DNA from: the human T2T-CHM13v2.0 reference genome, Homo sapiens
DNA length: 64,000 bases
Direction: 5' to 3' (one strand)
Assembly (NCBI RefSeq): GCF_009914755.1
Contig: NC_060925.1
This document shows, piece after piece, positions 44,385 through 60,640 of the stretch. A program made the position numbers and the translations under genes. The notes beneath the pieces are model-generated. The model saw nothing but the letters and a program-made list of their open reading frames with translations, was not told the origin of the DNA and did no database searches. Numbering within the stretch: the first letter of the stretch is position 1; every line of letters starts with the position of its first letter.

Positions 44385-46575
44385 AAGCCTTTTGAGGTGT
44401 AATTTACATTCTATAAACTACACATATTTAAAATGTACAATTTTATGTGATTTGACTTATATAAACACCAGTGAAATCATCAATACAATCACAGAATGAA
44501 CACATCCATCATTCTCAAAAGTTTCCTGGTGCCCCTTTTTTTTGTTCCTTTCTCTGGTCCTCATCTTCACCTGTCCCCAGGTAATGCATGATGTGCTTTC
44601 TGTCACTATAGATTAATGTTCATTTTCTAGAATTTTATATAAAGAGAATCACAGTGTATGTACTTTCTTGTATGGCTTCTTTCACTCAGCATAACTATTT
44701 TGAGGTTTATCCATGTTGTTACACATACCAGGGATCAACTTCTTTTTACTGCTGAATAGTATTCCATTGAATAAATATATCACAATGTGTTTATCCATTT
44801 ACTTGTTAATAGACATGCATGTTGTTTCCAGTTTTTTAATACTACATATGATTCTGCTGTGGACATTTGTATACTGATCTTTGTATGGACATATGCTTTC
44901 ATTTTCCTGAATAAATACCTACAAGTAAAATGACTAGGTCATTTGGTGGAAGTATATTTTTTAAAACTGCCAAGCTGTTTTCCAAAGTGCCGTATTATAC
45001 CATATTCTCAAAAGCACTGTGTGAAAGTTCCAGTTTCTATAATTTATCTTCCAACACTTGACATTGACAATCTTTTCCATTTGATAACATTACAATACAT
45101 GTGTAGTCATATTTCCATCTGGTTGTGATTCGCATTTCTCTAATGACTAATGAGGTCATCTTTTCATATGCTTATTTGCCACTCAGATATCACTTTTGGT
45201 CAAGTATCTGTTCAAATCTTTTGCCCATTTCCTTTAATTATTTTCTTTTCTTATAGAGACTCTATTTTTTGTTTAAAATATTTAAATTTTGGGACAATGA
45301 CAAACTTATACAACGCTTTGTAGAAGTATACAAAGACACAGTTGTCCTCACCCATTGAAGAGTAGTCAACCTGATGCTGCATCACCTCTTAATACATTAA
45401 TATGTATTTCCTGCAGAAGAGATTATCACACATAACCACAGCACATCCATCAAATCCAGGAAATTAACATTTGTGCATTATTACCGTCTACTATTCAGAA
45501 CTTACCCAAGTAAGTTTGGCCAATTATTTCAATAATGTCTTATAAAGCATAAAAATTCAGTTCAGAATCACGTATAGCCAGGTATTATGTAATAGCCATG
45601 TATTTTTAGTTTCCTTAAATCTACAACATTTCTTCATTCTTTTTCAGCCTTTTAGGACTTTAAAACTTTTAAAGAAACCAGATCATTCATTTTGTAGAAT
45701 GTCCTTCAGTTTAGGTTTCAATCCTGGTTGCATGTTTTTGACAAGAATATCACAAAAATAATGGTGAACTTTCATGTTTGTACATTATTTTTTTTTCAAA
45801 ACACCTTTATTGAGGTATAATTGACAAACAATAAACTGCTCATACTTAAAGTATTCAGTAAGCTTTAACCTATGTATACATTGTTACCAAAATCACGACA
45901 ATAAACACACCCTTAACTTTCCCAAAATGATCCTGGAGCCCTTTGTTATACCTCTGCTTCAGGCCTTCTCTCCCAACCTCAGACAACAAATGATCTGCTG
46001 TCACTGTATATTTGTTTGCATTTTCTATATAAATGAAATTATATAGTATGCACTATTCTTTGTCTGAATTCTTTCACTTGACATACTTATTTTGAGATTC
46101 ATTCATGTTGTAACGTGTGTCAACATTTATTCCTCTTTATTTATAAGAGAATATTCTATTGCATGGTATAACACAGTTGTTGGCACCTGTTGATGGACAT
46201 TTGGGTGGTTTCCACATTTTTACTATTAAAATAAAGCTGCTATGAACATTCATGCATAAGATTTTGTGTGGACATATGCTTTTATTTTTCCTGGGAAAAT
46301 ACCTTGGCATGAAATAGATGAATCATATGGTAAGTGTATGTTTTACATTTTAAGAAATTGCCAAATATTTTTCCAAAGTAGTTGTGCCATTTTACACCAC
46401 CAGCTGGGTGAGAGATCCAGTTTCTCCACTTCTTCACCAGCACTTGGGAGGGTCAGACTTTTAAATTTTAGCCATTCTAAAAGGTGAGCAGTGGATCCCT
46501 TCATGGTTCAGTTTGCATTTCCACAATGACTAACAGTGTTGAGAATTTTTCTGTGTTTATTTGTCATCCATATAT
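44385..46575 (-). mobile_element. Cluster of three old L1M 3'-end fragments (~44385-45250, 45270-45780, 45790-46575)
   Basis: Repeated antisense L1M 3' UTR starts (tttgaggtgtaatttaca; tttattgaggtataattgac) and ctgctatgaacattc motifs. Confidence 0.85.
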
Positions 46576-46690
46576 CATGAGCTGTTAACAAATCACTCAA
46601 AATATGCTTGTTAGCAAAATTTTAATGTTATATTCATAATGAAAATCTGTGGTTCTGTATGACAATTCCCTAGGGCTTTTTTTTCTTTAG

Positions 46691-46706
46691 AGGTCAGGGG
46701 AGTTCA
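46691..46706 (+). promoter_or_regulatory. Candidate DR4 nuclear-receptor element AGGTCA-gggg-AGTTCA
   Basis: Two consensus RGKTCA half-sites spaced by 4 nt, outside any Alu; motif only. Confidence 0.3.
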
Positions 46707-47129
46707 AAATGTGGTTTTTTTTTTAATTCCTTATCATCAGTGGTTCATGCCTCTGCACTGAATAGTTGAAAACCTAGTGCCCCTTTCTGTTGGAGCTCTT
46801 CAAAATTACAATTATTAAAATACAAAAAGACCTAGGTATCTCCCTCAAAGTATTTTTTATGGATGCTATAATTTGTTGCTATTTATTTATTTACTTCAGT
46901 ATTCAAAGCTTATGATTAAAAGCAGAGTATGGTTATCAGACATACAAAAGTAAAGACATTTCCCACATATTCTGTTGGCTTTCTTTCTCAAATAGCAGTT
47001 TTTTTTTTTTTTTTCAGTCAAGGCTATCTTAATGTCCTCAGAGGCATTGAATTTCATGATGCTACGTGCTAGGAGGTGATTCTGGAAATAAAATATCTAA
47101 CCAATGTTTTAGGTACTTTGGGATACAAA

Positions 47130-47530
47130 AATATGAACAAACCTGTTTCCTCTTTCTCTTTTGCACACAGCTAAACTACAATCCCAATTGCCCTTTGTAG
47201 TTGGGAATGGTCAGGTGATTAGATTAAGTTTTGGCCAATTGAATAAAAATAGACATAATATGTGCCTCTTCCAGATCTGCTCATAAAAATTCATCCCATG
47301 TGATCCTCAGCATTCTTTTACCTTCCAGGATGATCTTGTTAAAAGCATTAAAAATTATAGGTCAGCAAGATGGAACAAGACTGAGCACCTGAATCATCAT
47401 TTGGAGGCAAACCACACATGGATCGGGAATACCAATTTGGTAGATTATGTGAATAATTTCCATTGCCTTAAACCACTGAAATTTGGGAACTTGTTTGCAC
47501 AGCAACTAGAGTTATCCTTACTAATGCAGA
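47130..47530 (+). mobile_element. ERVL LTR (LTR16-like)
   Basis: cacacagctaaactacaatccc...ttttggccaattgaat...aaaccactgaaatttggg. Confidence 0.6.
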
Positions 47531-48896
47531 AGTCACTAAGGTCAGAAAGATACATCAGTAATAAAGTTTCTACATTTTTCTACTGGTACTTCTTTCTCCA
47601 TTTTCGGACTTCAGGCTTCAAGCCCCTGATGGAATGCTGAAGCCCACTGAGACAACAGTGCTTAGAGTTTAATTGAAAGGCGTAACTACTGTGCAACAGT
47701 CCTTTTAATCAAGATGTTAAAAGGAAATTTTATTAAACTGTGATTGAATATATAAAATTAAGATGTAATGCATTTTAAATATATTAGCTCAAATTGTAAA
47801 ATATTAAATTAAGATTTAATATATTAAATTAAACACAGATTAAACTAAATTGAAAAAAATGCTTTTAAAATCTCAAATACACCAGAGAAATTATTAACCA
47901 TTTTACTTAAAAGTGAAAATCTAGCAAGTACCAAGTGATAAAAGGGGGAGTTTTCAAGGGAAACTAGTTGCACTGGGGACATAGCAGTTGCTCCCTGAGG
48001 TAAATGAGACTATTGAAAGACTAAAGCTGACATTTGATTCTGGATTAAAGAGAATAAAAGCAAAATGTAATGACACGTTGAATTCCACCAGAGCCCATGA
48101 GATACCAGTGGCAGTGCCAAACCTGACTTTGAGCACATGGCTCATCTATTTAGAGTTATTCTCTTTTCCCACACCCAACATAAAAACCCCTTGAAAATGA
48201 TTTTGTTGTTTGTGCTTATATTTTTGTGAGACAAGCTGGCTCTCTGCTGACACCAACCCTTAAGTCTAGCAGGAAACTTTTCACAGGAGGAAAAGAAAAT
48301 AGAAAGAATGGTATTTAAAACTAAAAAATGACATTATTGCATTTTTCCTGTTTAACCCTGAAGATAAATAAATGCAAATGTACTTTTTTACTAAACTTAA
48401 TAAGTGCTGGTGCAACCCTTTAAATAGATGTTGCTTCATCCAATTTTTACAATGGTCCTATAAGAAAATTATTATTTTTACACATGAGGAAATTACAAAT
48501 CAGAGAGGATAAGACATTTTCCAAGAATAAAGCAGCTAGAAAGTGGTGTAACCTCACCCAAGGCTTTATTTTATTCCAAATTCCATGCTCTTTCCTCTTC
48601 CCATTAATGCAACACTGTGTGTGTGTGTCTGTGTGTGTGTGTGTGGTGTCTATGCTGGACTATGACAGTGGTATCTACGCTAGGCTACAACAGTGGTCTA
48701 TATTATGGCTGAATTACATCTGTGAAGGAAGTAAGAAAATTTTCTCAGAGGGACAAGTCATAATCTGTGCATAATCACAGATGATAATAGTAAATAATAA
48801 TTATAGCAGTTACCATTTATTAAGCACTAAATGGTGTGAGACACAATGATAAATACTTTGCAATACTTCATTCGATTATCTGAACAATTTATAAAA

Positions 48897-49022
48897 TCAG
48901 AGAACAGCATGGGGGAAACTGCTCCCATGCTCAAATTACCTCCACCTGGTCCTTCCCTTGACAATTGGGGATTATTATAATTCAAGGTGAGATTTGGGTG
49001 GGGAGACAGAGCCAAATCATAT
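48897..49022 (-). mobile_element. THE1/MST LTR fragment
   Basis: gagaacagcatgggggaaactgc...gagatttgggtggggagacagagccaaatcatat. Confidence 0.88.
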
Positions 49023-51544
49023 TGGCATCTATCTTATAAAAATGGCTTAAAAGTATTTGTTGAATAAATTAGAAAACCAAATAATTATCAAATGTCACAT
49101 TTGTACTGAACATATATTCGTGCTAAAAAAAAATGCCTAAAAAATAGAAGACATGGTGTCTATTTCAAGTAGCTGACAATCATCCAATTTGGTAGTAATA
49201 TAGAATAGTATAAAGACATAGAAATAGATTCGAATTTGAAATTCCACCTTTGCCAATACCAGAATTGAGAAAGTCATAATTTTTTTGGTATATGTCTTCA
49301 CGGCTTCCCAAAGCCAAAAGGTTAGATTATGTAATAAAAAGCTAACTTCCCACTCTTACAATCTGTCACTGCCCTCAAAGCAAGTCAGTTCGTGATAGCA
49401 CTATGCGGTTTATATGTGTAAATTACTGGCATTTAGCAAGAATTGGTTTAAAGGATTTGCAAATTACAACAGATTCCGCTTCAGGAAACAGGCTTATGAA
49501 TCTGTTATTTTTGAATGGTTATAAATAGCAGAAAGGTTGATCTAGGCATTTTACTTTTGTGATTTTATTTCATCTTAAACCCTGAGTTTCAATCTTCTCA
49601 TCTTTATAATGGAGATTCTGTGAAGAAATAAAAAATCTTAACCAGAAATAAGCACATAGTAGATGCTAGGCAAATGTAATTTTCCTTTTCCTTTCTGCCT
49701 CCAATTGTTTTCTTGTGCCATCTAAAGACATCTAAAAGTAATCTTTGTCCCTCTAATTCATTACATACAGACTGATGTTCAAAACATTTAACAGCTAATA
49801 GAGCATCAAAACTGACCAATCAAAACAGGACCCTGCCTTCTTATCAGACATTCAGCTCCAATCAGTCTTCAGGGGCTGGACAGCTGTGTTCATTCACTTA
49901 CCTCGCTGTGACTGAGCAATGGTATGGTATGGTAGCAAAGCTTTAATATTCCATCCGAAAGTCCAATTTTAAAATTCAGCATTATCCTTGAGCTTCACAC
50001 TTTTCTCAACACCAACTTTTACCCTACTTATTTTCATTAGAAAATTGAAAAATAAAAAAAGAATATTTTCTCTTCATTGCAATCATGAAGATTCAGCCCA
50101 GCAACAAATACTGATCAAGTGCCTATATTGTACAAAGCAGTATACAACTGACTGCTGGTAGAAATGAGAACAACTGGCAAAAACGAATGCTCAGAATCTG
50201 TAGCTTGATTCCACTATAGTAAAATAAGAAATTTCAGCATCTATAAATTATGATAGAAATGTAATTTCATGAAATTTTAGGTAGCGGTCAATGGTTCTCA
50301 ATAATTTATCAGTATAGATTATTTAAGTTTTGGCCAACAGCTCTAAAATCTGAAGTATGATTCAATTAAATTATTTAAATAAAAATGATTTAGCCATAAA
50401 ATGATCAAAAACAGTCTTAAACATTGTGGGATATAATCTTCTTGATTGACGGTTGTATGTGTGTGACCCCTCAGGTTTTATTGTCGTCCCACCAAATATT
50501 GTTACACAAATATTTAGACCAATTTATCGAGGATATTTTTGTCCTGCTCCTCTATTGAATAACGTAAGACAAAAGTGTTGCTAAAGAAGTTAACAAAAGA
50601 CCATTGCTGATTATGACACAAAGGCATTTCACATTTCTTAAGGAACGGGATAATAAAGGAAATAAGTTGCTAATTGATCATAACTTGGCAGAAAATTGCT
50701 AAGAATACAAAAACTACTTAAGAACAGAGAAAAAAACCTTATTAATGAAATGTCACAAAATATCACAGTTCATTAGTCCTAACTTCCTGATGTCTGCTGA
50801 GCTAACTATAGAATTTAAAATAATTTCTTTCATGCATATGTATTTTAAAATACCAAAAAATCTTAATCATCAAATTCACTAAATATGAAAATTAATAATT
50901 ATTGAAAAATCAATTTCACTATATCTTAAAGCTTCTTACTTGAAGATTATAATGTGCAAAATATCTAAATTCAACCAAATTAATTATTATGAAGCAGCTT
51001 TAATTTTCATTCTTGGATTTACTGAACTCAAGAAAGTATTTGGCAACCTGTTTATGAGTTATGTATATTGTAATTAAAGCTGTAAATGTATTAATAAGCA
51101 CATTTATAAAAATTATAATGGTGTGTGTTTAGAATCTTTGATTTTGTTAACCTTAAAGTTGCAAGAAGAGTAAAAACCTCTTGAAAGTACCATAACTTTA
51201 TAACTTCATTTTATTCTTTATTTCTTTGTAGTACTTAAGTAATGATTTTCTTGGTCGGTGGTAGCAGGATTTTTCTTATTGCACAAGCTTTCATGTAGAT
51301 GAGACCCTTTTTATTCCTTAAGTGTCTTATTCTTTTTGAACTATTATAATTCTGAGATAGGCATTAAAATTAAATAAAACAATGGAAATTGTGTGTGGAA
51401 ATATCGACGTTTGGTCTCACCAACACTATTTTCTTATTTTTGCTTAGAAACAAAGGGAGAATAACGTGTTAGATTCACTTACTTTCTATGTCTCTTTCTA
51501 AATCCTGGATCTCTAAGTCATCTGAAATGAAATCAAATAACAAA

Positions 51545-51898
51545 TAACATGGTTTGACTCTGTGTCCCCACTCAAATCTCATCTGGAATTGTAATCCCCA
51601 TGTGTCAGGGGCGCCTGGTGGGAAGTGATTGCATAATAAGGGCGAATTTCTCCCTTGCTGTTCTAGTGATAGTGGGTAAGCTCTCATGAGATCTGATGGT
51701 TTAAAAGTGTGCAGCATTTTCCCTGATTTCTCTCTCTCTCCTTCCACCATGCCTTGTTTCCCCTTCATCTTCTGCCATGATTGTAAGTTTCCTGAGGCCT
51801 CCCCAGCCAAGCAGAACTGAGTCAATTAAACCTCTTTTCTTTATAAATTACATAGTCTCTGGTAGTTCCTTATGGCAGTGTGAAAACAGATTAACACA
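51545..51898 (+). mobile_element. THE1/MST solo LTR
   Basis: catggtttgactctgtgtccccactcaaatctcatc...tgagtcaattaaacctc...gattaacaca. Confidence 0.92.
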
Positions 51899-54800
51899 AC
51901 CAATAAATATTCCTCTAACTATAAAATCAAACTAAAATTCTGATCTTATAAATTATTTTGAATTCTACCCCAGCAATATTATTTTCATTTTAACATATGT
52001 TAGAGAACTAAAATACGTCATGAATAATATTTCCCTTGAGGATCTTTCTGCATCTACTTTCCATAATTATTTTCTTGCATTCACCTCTGGGGATCACCTT
52101 GCTCATAAGGTTTATAATTGTGAGCATCTTACTTATAAATATTATATTTAAAAGATTTAAGCCCTGTCTGTATCCCTTCTTACACCATGCAAATGTGCAT
52201 GTATTTGAATATGAATATCACAGTTCGCTAGTTGCTCACTTAACTAAAATATTTCTGTTTAAAACAACATAAAATCATATATTCAGAATTTAAGCCTAGA
52301 GTTCTATAACCCAATGTACAATTTAAGTAATAGAAATCAAACTTTTCACTTGGCTTTAATAGGAATGCTATTTTCAGTTGATGGCACAGCATTTGCTTAG
52401 CAACAACACTAGCTTCCATTTCATTTTAGAAGACTTGATCTAGTTTGAACATTATGCATGTATTTTGGCTGAAAGAAAATTTATCACAGGTGTATGCCTT
52501 CAATTTGCAAGAGTGCTTGCAAAAGCAATCTGTCTGAACTGAGACCGCCATATCAGATAGTGAAGATATCATTAAAATGTTTCCTTTGTGTTATGTTCAG
52601 ACGAAAATCATTCTACCTACTGAGCATAAGAACTGGAATCTTCAGCAAAAGTTAAAGGGGTTTTCAGGAAAAGAGCCTTCTGATATTCAGGTTTGGCTTG
52701 TGGGATTAAGAAAGTAACTGAGGCTCAACTAAATAATAAATTACTAATTCAAATGTCAGGCATCAATGGTCTGAAATAAACAGTGTTTACCAAGAAATTC
52801 CAAGGGAGAGGCTGACTTCAGTAGATGTTCAATAAAAAGTTTGTTGAATAAATGGGTAAATAAATACTCAAGGTCACAGGAGACAAAGATTTATTTTCAC
52901 AGGATATTTGTCACTGCCCTCTTTTCACATCCTCACTGTTGGAACTACACAGCACCTATTGATGGATAGGCTTACCAAGGAGGAGAGAAACCACAGGCTC
53001 ACAAAGCTCCCAGTTACATACAGGCAGAAGTGCTAAAAATGATCAGAGATTTTTATGTACACCTTTGCACTTTCTTCTTTTGTAAAAGCAAAGGGAAGTT
53101 GTTCAATGATTGTCAATGGAATTTTGAGATGCAAAAATTAAAATATTGTGAAAGAATACTGTGAAGTATGCAGAATAAACATTGCCAGCTATCGTCTTGC
53201 CCCTTCGAAGTTTGACGTTCGCCATTGAAACCAAAAAAAAAAAAAAGAAAAGGTGGAGGCATTGTACATAACTTTGAACAACCAGTTTAGAGATAGCTGA
53301 CACAGAATTAAAATGAAGAATAACTGCATTTTTAAAAAATAACAGGAGTTTTTTTCACAGTTGGGAATTTGGTGTGGAGTTGAATAATGAATAAGATAAT
53401 ATTTCAGAAAGTGAGTTTGCAAGAAGGTGAAAATAAAAAGATTAGGAAATATTTGTAAATATATGTTTGGTGCATGAAATCTGTACAAGAATAACAGGTA
53501 GTACTGGTTGAGTCTATTTTTTAAGTCCAAATTGTTATACATTTTAAAAAGCAGGTATTTTAATTATTTTGACCAAAAAAAAAGTCACATAAAAATTGTT
53601 ACCAAACACTGTGAAGCAACACTGCGCAAGAGTTTGAGACACAAAGAGAAGAGGAATATATCCGTTGAAACTGAAGAAGGAACTGAGATGACAGAAAAAT
53701 AATTATTCAAATTGGAGTCTGTCCAGGATACCGAAACTAGAACAAGAGCCATGTGGAACTCATCACATAAAGTTTGGAGAAATTGTATACAGAGGCTTTG
53801 TATGGAATAACAGAGTCATATACACATGTATAAGTGCTATGGAACGCTAACACACTTGTGTAATTCCATACAAGGAGGAGGAGATTCTGGAGTCTATTTT
53901 GACTCAGAAACTAAATGATAGACTATTATAGTCCCAATCACTATTCAGTAACTAAGAGCCATCTGATAGTGATTCCCACTCATAAAACAAAGCCACTAGA
54001 TATTTTTTGAGAGACTGAATTTTCTTACTGAATATCAAGTCCTGCCCCAAGCTGATCTCTTCTTGAGTAACCAAGTATACCATATAAGGGGAGGGAAAAG
54101 AAAAGGAGAACTAAAATAAAATGTTCTCAAAAAAGCAGCGTTTTTTTTCTATTTTGAATTATTAAGTAAAAAGGAGATATGCCAAAAATAAGATTTGTAT
54201 ATGTTTTTCAATATTTCAACTTATTTAGCAATTTTATGATCACAAAAGTTTTGTAATTCATCATCTTCAGTTTCCAGAAGATCCTTTGATGCATATGGTT
54301 CATGTTCTAATGGTCTCATTATAATATCCAGTCTATTAAGCCTCTTTAATATAAGATGGAAGGAAAAATGCTGAGGAATTTGGAGGCAGGCATTCTGAGT
54401 TTTCATTCCAGCTTTGCCCACCATAGACATGCAATCTAACCTCTTTGACCTTCAGTTTCATCATGAAGAATATTGGAATAATAATATTTAGCCCCACAGG
54501 GTTGTTTTAAAAATAAATCAGCTTACGGCAGGTGCTCAATAAGTGCTATATTGTGTATTCAGTTGGCAAATTGTTATTGGCGATGGGAACAAAAAATAGA
54601 AATGCATCATGTTCCTGTCCTTGAGTGAAAAAAACAAACAGACTGGCAATTACAACACAATGTGATAAATTCACCAATGCAGCCTTGCCCCTGGTGCTTA
54701 AGGGGCTTGGATTCCATATGGAAAAAAAATTCCCAAAACCTCTTCCCACCATTGAATATTCCACTCTTCCACTTTCTTGTCTAAAGTAGTGAAGTGATCA

Positions 54801-56752
54801 CTGTAGCAATGAGACTATGTAAAAGTCAAATGAGCTAAAGGAAATCATAGCTCCTTTGGAGGCATGAGGACATGGAAAATCTCCATTCCCAAGAAGCTGT
54901 GAGATCATGTCTGATTTAAATCCCAATCCTAAACAAACCAGGCCTCACGCTGGGTTTCATGTGTAGAATTTCATGTCCTATCCCTGTAATGAGGTGATAA
55001 GGCCTGTGTCACAGTAAGTCAGTAGCAGGTGATGGCAATTAACAGGATTGCACTAACCTGGAGATGTGCCAAGCTGTCAAAAAAAGGATTAGAAAGTAAA
55101 TGAAGTGAACAACCACGAACCAGCAAATAGGGCTTAATGGACAGTACAAGTCGGTGAGGCAAAAATGGGCCAATTTGCTCTCATTGATTTTCACTGCCCA
55201 TTGAGCTGCATTCCTTTTTTGCTTTCTAATGCATTTATCTTGGCCTAGGCACGTTCTCTGGCTGTCATCCTGAGGACAATTCCATTGACCGCAACAAATC
55301 CATGAATGACTGGAGGGGACCAAAGTATGACTTGACCTCCAGAGCTCTCTTTCAGGCATCATGATGCAATGTTGTGATGACTTGGAGAGTCAGAGACAGA
55401 AATTCCAATGGGGCCTCATATTAGACCAAGAAAATCATATGGTTGAGGAGACTTTTATGAGAGGAATGTAAGTACAAATAACAGAGTTTCATTCAACTTG
55501 TGTGTTCTACTTGCTTTATAAATAACTCACAAAGTAATGAAAACACTCTAACCTGTCATTTTCAATGGTTCTAAGTAATCTCCAATGGAAGCACCAAATG
55601 ACTTCTGCTATCCAGAATAACTAAATGTTGGTGACAATTTGTTGTTCACTAATTATGATAAGAGGAAAGCCATGCAGCTATTTAAACTCTAAGAATAAAG
55701 AAATTTTAAGTGCCAGCTTAGTTGGGATACTGAGAGTATTTCAGTATTTCAGTATCCCCTGTAATAAACCCTTATTCTCCTCTCTTATATTCATATTATT
55801 TTCTCATCTCCTCTTGTCTCCTGGCCATTTTGCTCTTTACTTATTTTTCTTTTGCTGTCTCTTCTCTCTCTCTTCTTCCTCCCTACTGGATGCTTTTTTA
55901 TTTTTAACTCCCTTACTTTAAATGGAAATGTACTCCAAAGGTAAATAAGCTATCCACTACATTGCAAGCCAATCAGGAAAATTTGCATCTGTACACTGGA
56001 TTATTCAAGAATTATGTTCACGGTAATTTCCCCATACCCTGCCATTTGTGCTTACTCTCAGAATACAGTGGCTTCTGAGATTTTGAAATTTCATCAGTTG
56101 CTTATGGAAGAAAACAATCTCTATCCAAGTTGTAGTGAAACTGGCTTACTTGTGAACCTGAATCAAGTTTCATGTCTTTAACAGACAAGACAGAAAACAT
56201 GTGTCTACCCATAATAAGTGCTTTTCTTGTGTTAAGAATTAGAAGACTGAGCACAGATAACTGTGATTTGTATTTACCTCAGTATGAATTTACCTGCGAA
56301 AGAGGTCACATTGGTACCTTCAGCAATTCAGATTCTTTCATTATTACAGAGAGATTTAGTATCCTCCAATGCTGCTTAAGGAAGCTTCTGAGTTTCTCCA
56401 GGATGTGCTGAAAGGTCAGACCTTACTTAGCTGGTCAGAGTTAAGGAGATTCCAACCTGACAAGGAATGGCTGCAGGCCTGAAAAAGACTTTCTTTTTCA
56501 AGCTAATTAACAGGTCTTTTTTATAAGTCCAGTAAAATAATTTATTTCTGTAGTCACCTTTGTAAATAATGCCTTATTTGGCACTAGGACACACCAAGAA
56601 ATGATTAGAGATAGCTAATAAATCTACTATTTGGCCATAAATATGGTATACCTTTGTTTTTTGTTTCATTTTGTTTTAAGCATTTAACTAACAGAGTTCA
56701 GTGGACAGGGGTATGGAGAGGACGATCTGGGTAAATCTTGAATGTTACAGGT

Positions 56753-57122
56753 TGATATGATTTGAATTTGTGTCCCTGCCCAAATCTCATGGGTAATTGT
56801 AATCCCCAAAGTTGGAGGAGGCACCTGGTGGGAGGGGATTGAATCATGGGGGCAGATTTCCCCCTTGCTGTTCTCGTGATAGTGAGTGCGTTTTCTTGAG
56901 ATCTGATTGTTTAAAATTGTGTGGCACCTTCCCTTTCTCGCTCTTCCTCCTGCTTGGGCCATGTAAGACGTGCGTGCTTCCCCTTCGCCTTCCGCCACGA
57001 CTGAAAGTTTTCTGAGGCCTTCCCAGCCATGCTTCCTGTACAGAGCCTATTAAACCTTTTTTCTTTATAAATTACCCAGTCTCAGGTATTTCTTTGTAGC
57101 AGTGCGAGAACAAACGCATACA
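56753..57122 (+). mobile_element. MSTA-like solo LTR
   Basis: tgatatgatttgaatttgtgtccctgcccaaatctcatg...ataaattacccagtctcagg. Confidence 0.92.
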
Positions 57123-57699
57123 CACATCATATTGCATTTGGATATTAGTTTTCTCCTCACTTATGCTTTGCCTCCCAGTGGACCACTTTTCTCCCTTCCA
57201 TAAAGTAGCTTTGCATTCCTTAAATGCACACTGGGAATTACATGGCCGACTGCTATGGTGTTTCTCTGGGGCTGCTGTTACTGCACCCAGTAGAAGAGAT
57301 ACTGGGGACATATCAAACTTCACAAAAGTGTTAACTGCAGCTGCTTAAGCAAGAAAAAAAAAGCTGTCTTAATCTAAGTTATGCATTGCATGGCACGTGC
57401 ATTTGATGTTTCCTTATATGTTTCCAAAGCAGCATGTGCAAGATATCACACTCAAACTGTCACTATCTGAAACACAGAGCAGCACACAGGCAAACGTTCC
57501 AATAAGACTATTGCACATATACGCCCCACCTGAGGCACCTGGAAATAACTAAACTTCTGAACATACTGTAGTTTGTAGTTTTCTTTAACAAAATAGAAAG
57601 CTTCTGTATTTAAATCAATTTAATTTTAACTGGGATTAATTTATTCTGGTATGTACTTCTAATTATTTTATATTTCCCTTGGATTACTTCCAATATTCT

Positions 57700-60640
<2,941 letters not shown>

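Noticed and set aside
49896-49905. Perfect minus-strand donor gag|gtaagt
   Set aside because: No matching acceptor or promoter evidence; expected by chance in 64 kb
52504-52523. 8-bp stem hairpin tttgcaag-agtg-cttgcaaa
   Set aside because: Too short to distinguish from chance in AT-rich DNA
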